DNA of 64,000 nucleotides from an uncultured delta proteobacterium (GTDB lineage Bacteria; Desulfobacterota; Binatia; UBA9968): NCBI GenBank assembly GCA_963760795.1, contig CAVXEP010000019.1, positions 32,001 to 96,000 of the forward strand, read 5' to 3'. Shown piece by piece: positions 62,231 to 64,000 of this stretch (position 1 is its first letter; each line of letters starts with the position of its first letter). The notes under the pieces were generated by a model. It saw only the letters and a program-made list of their open reading frames with translations, ran no database searches and was not told where the DNA came from. The position numbers and the translations under genes were made by a program.

Positions 62231-63014
62231 ATGGCCTACGTTCACGTTGAAAATGCCGTTAAGTATTTCTCCCGCGAAGACGGCTCGGACATGCTCGTGC
62301 TCGACAAGGTCTCTTTCGACACCAAGGAATTCGGCATCACCTGTCTCTTGGGGCCGTCGGGCTGCGGCAAATCGACGCTTGCTCAACGCCATCTCCGGTC
62401 TCGAAAGACTCGACCAGGGCAAGATCGAAGTGATCGGCAACGGCAACACCGCGGCGCGCGGCGCGGCGCTGCTCGGCTACGTGTTTCAGGACGCGCGCTT
62501 GCTCAACTGGAAAAGCGTCGAGCAGAACCTGATCTTCGCCCTCAAGGGCATGGGCATCCCGCCGCCGCAGTGGCCGGAGCGCTTGAACAAGTATCTGAGC
62601 TTGGTCGGCTTGGCCGAGTTTCGCAATCAGTTTCCACTTTATCTTTCCGGCGGCATGCGCCAGCGCGTCGGCCTGGCGCGCGGCCTGGTGATCGAACCGG
62701 AAGTGCTGCTGATGGACGAGCCGTTCAGCAAGCTCGATCAACTGACGGCGCGCCGTCTGCGCGAAGAATCGTTGCAAATTTGCGCGCGCTTGAATCAGAC
62801 CACGGTGATGGTCACCCACGATGTCGAAGAGGCGGCTTACATGGGCGACCGTATCGTGATTCTGCGGGCGCGGCCGGCGCGCATCGTCGAAATTTTCGAG
62901 AATCCGATGGCGCCGGGCCAACGCGACATTGACGATGTCGCGTTTATCCGCTTCAAGAAGCAGTTGCTCCACACAGTTCTCGAACTTATGGAAAAGGATG
63001 AAACGCTGTCATGA
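62231..63014 (+). CDS. SsuB/TauB-type ABC ATP-binding protein, frameshifted near 62380
   Basis: GPSGCGKST Walker A, LSGGMRQR signature, LLMDEPF Walker B, VTHD. Confidence 0.92.
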
Positions 63015-63988
63015 AAAAGTTGCTCGAATTACTCACAGTGCTGGCGCTGACCCTTGGCTATTGCACTCAAGTCCGCGCCGCGGAGCTGCCGACCATCGAA
63101 GTGGGCCTTCCCGAAGACGGCATGTTCGGTTTGGGCGGCCAGTATCTGATCGACAAGGGGATCGATAAGAAGCATGGCTTCATCGTCAAGCCGCGCTGGG
63201 CGGCCGTCGCGGACGTGGAACGGCTGATGGCCATCGGCGCCATTTCGGTGGGCCTGGCGACCTCGGAGTCGGCGGTGCGGGCGAATTTGAATCAGATCGC
63301 CATCCGGCTCATCCAACCTTACCAGACGCCGCATAATTCGATCCTGGTCCGTCGTGATTCGCCCTACAAAGATCTAAAGGACTTAAAGGGTAAAGCGGTC
63401 GCCGTGCCGCCTGAAGTGACCTCGGCGTACAATAACTTCGACTATTTCATGCGCAAGCAAGGGATCGAGATCGAAAAGTTTTTCCAACTAAAAAAGTTGG
63501 GCGCCGCCGGCATCAGCACGACACTGGAGCGCGGCGACGTGGAAGCGGGCTACAGCTGGGAGGCCCATGTATCCAAACTTTTGACGACGGGAAAATATCG
63601 CGTGCTGGTGTCGCCGCGTGAAGAATTGAACCGGGTGTTGAACACCAAGGTCAAAATGCTCGGCTGGATCGGCGCGCTGGAGCCATGGACGGCGAAGAAC
63701 CAACCGATGGTGGCCCGGATCAGAGCGGCGTGGCAAGAATTGATCAAAGGCGTGCAAAACGATGAGGAACATTTCCGTAAGTATGCCAAGCGTTTCTTCG
63801 GTCTGGAAAGCCCCGAGGAATTGGCTCTTGGCTGGAAGCGCACCAGAGTTTTCTTTTTGCCGCCGGACTTCCCCTGGCCCGATAAGACCAATCTCGATAT
63901 CGAAAAACGTTATCTCAACGAAAGCACTGAAATGGGGATCTTTCCGAAGGAATCGCTAGGTGTGATCGAAACACTCTTCGTGCCGTAA
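63011..63988 (+). CDS. ABC substrate-binding protein (SsuA-like)
   Basis: Signal peptide; DLKDLKGKAVAV; start overlaps the ATPase stop. Confidence 0.88.
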   Translation: MKKLLELLTVLALTLGYCTQVRAAELPTIEVGLPEDGMFGLGGQYLIDKGIDKKHGFIVKPRWAAVADVERLMAIGAISVGLATSESAVRANLNQIAIRLIQPYQTPHNSILVRRDSPYKDLKDLKGKAVAVPPEVTSAYNNFDYFMRKQGIEIEKFFQLKKLGAAGISTTLERGDVEAGYSWEAHVSKLLTTGKYRVLVSPREELNRVLNTKVKMLGWIGALEPWTAKNQPMVARIRAAWQELIKGVQNDEEHFRKYAKRFFGLESPEELALGWKRTRVFFLPPDFPWPDKTNLDIEKRYLNESTEMGIFPKESLGVIETLFVP

Positions 63989-64000
63989 GCGCGCGCTGCG

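Noticed and set aside
1765-62380. Programmed frameshifting or phase variation
   Set aside because: Breaks occur in unrelated genes without a shared slippery or repeat motif; assembly error is simpler.
256-63959. Numerous long antisense or alternate-frame ORFs (e.g. 18833-19732, 31224-32180, 45066-45935, 58941-59960)
   Set aside because: Arg/Pro-rich shadow ORFs expected in high-GC DNA, overlapping well-supported genes.

Overview
A ~60% GC, gene-dense bacterial window. The many orphan SsuA/THI5-like and Bug/TctC solute-binding proteins, amidohydrolases, MFS paralogs, VOC proteins and REP-like intergenic palindromes resemble Candidatus Binatia-type deltaproteobacterial genomes (inference, not searched). 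About 15 otherwise ordinary genes carry single frameshifts, most likely long-read assembly indels. I found no rRNA, tRNA or CRISPR array. Highlights: (1) a MamK-like actin ATPase encoded 3 bp downstream of a membrane-anchored N-acetylmuramoyl-L-alanine amidase, with no magnetosome or mreCD genes in the window (50470-52500), a candidate undescribed cytoskeleton-peptidoglycan hydrolase module; (2) a mobile-element-like ORF with a Rep_trans-like Y-D-K...R-V-E motif that splits a REP-like palindrome at CAC, has a hairpin at one end and is cut off inside the gene at the other (44470-45970), suggesting one-ended rolling-circle insertion into REPs; (3) a standalone LanC-like gene next to a PIMT-like methyltransferase; (4) a standalone lower-GC NRPS-like A-PCP lacking the amino-binding Asp; (5) a tandem MFS array with the remnant of a fourth copy; (6) a membrane-anchored TIR protein. 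All family calls come from motif recognition, not database searches.
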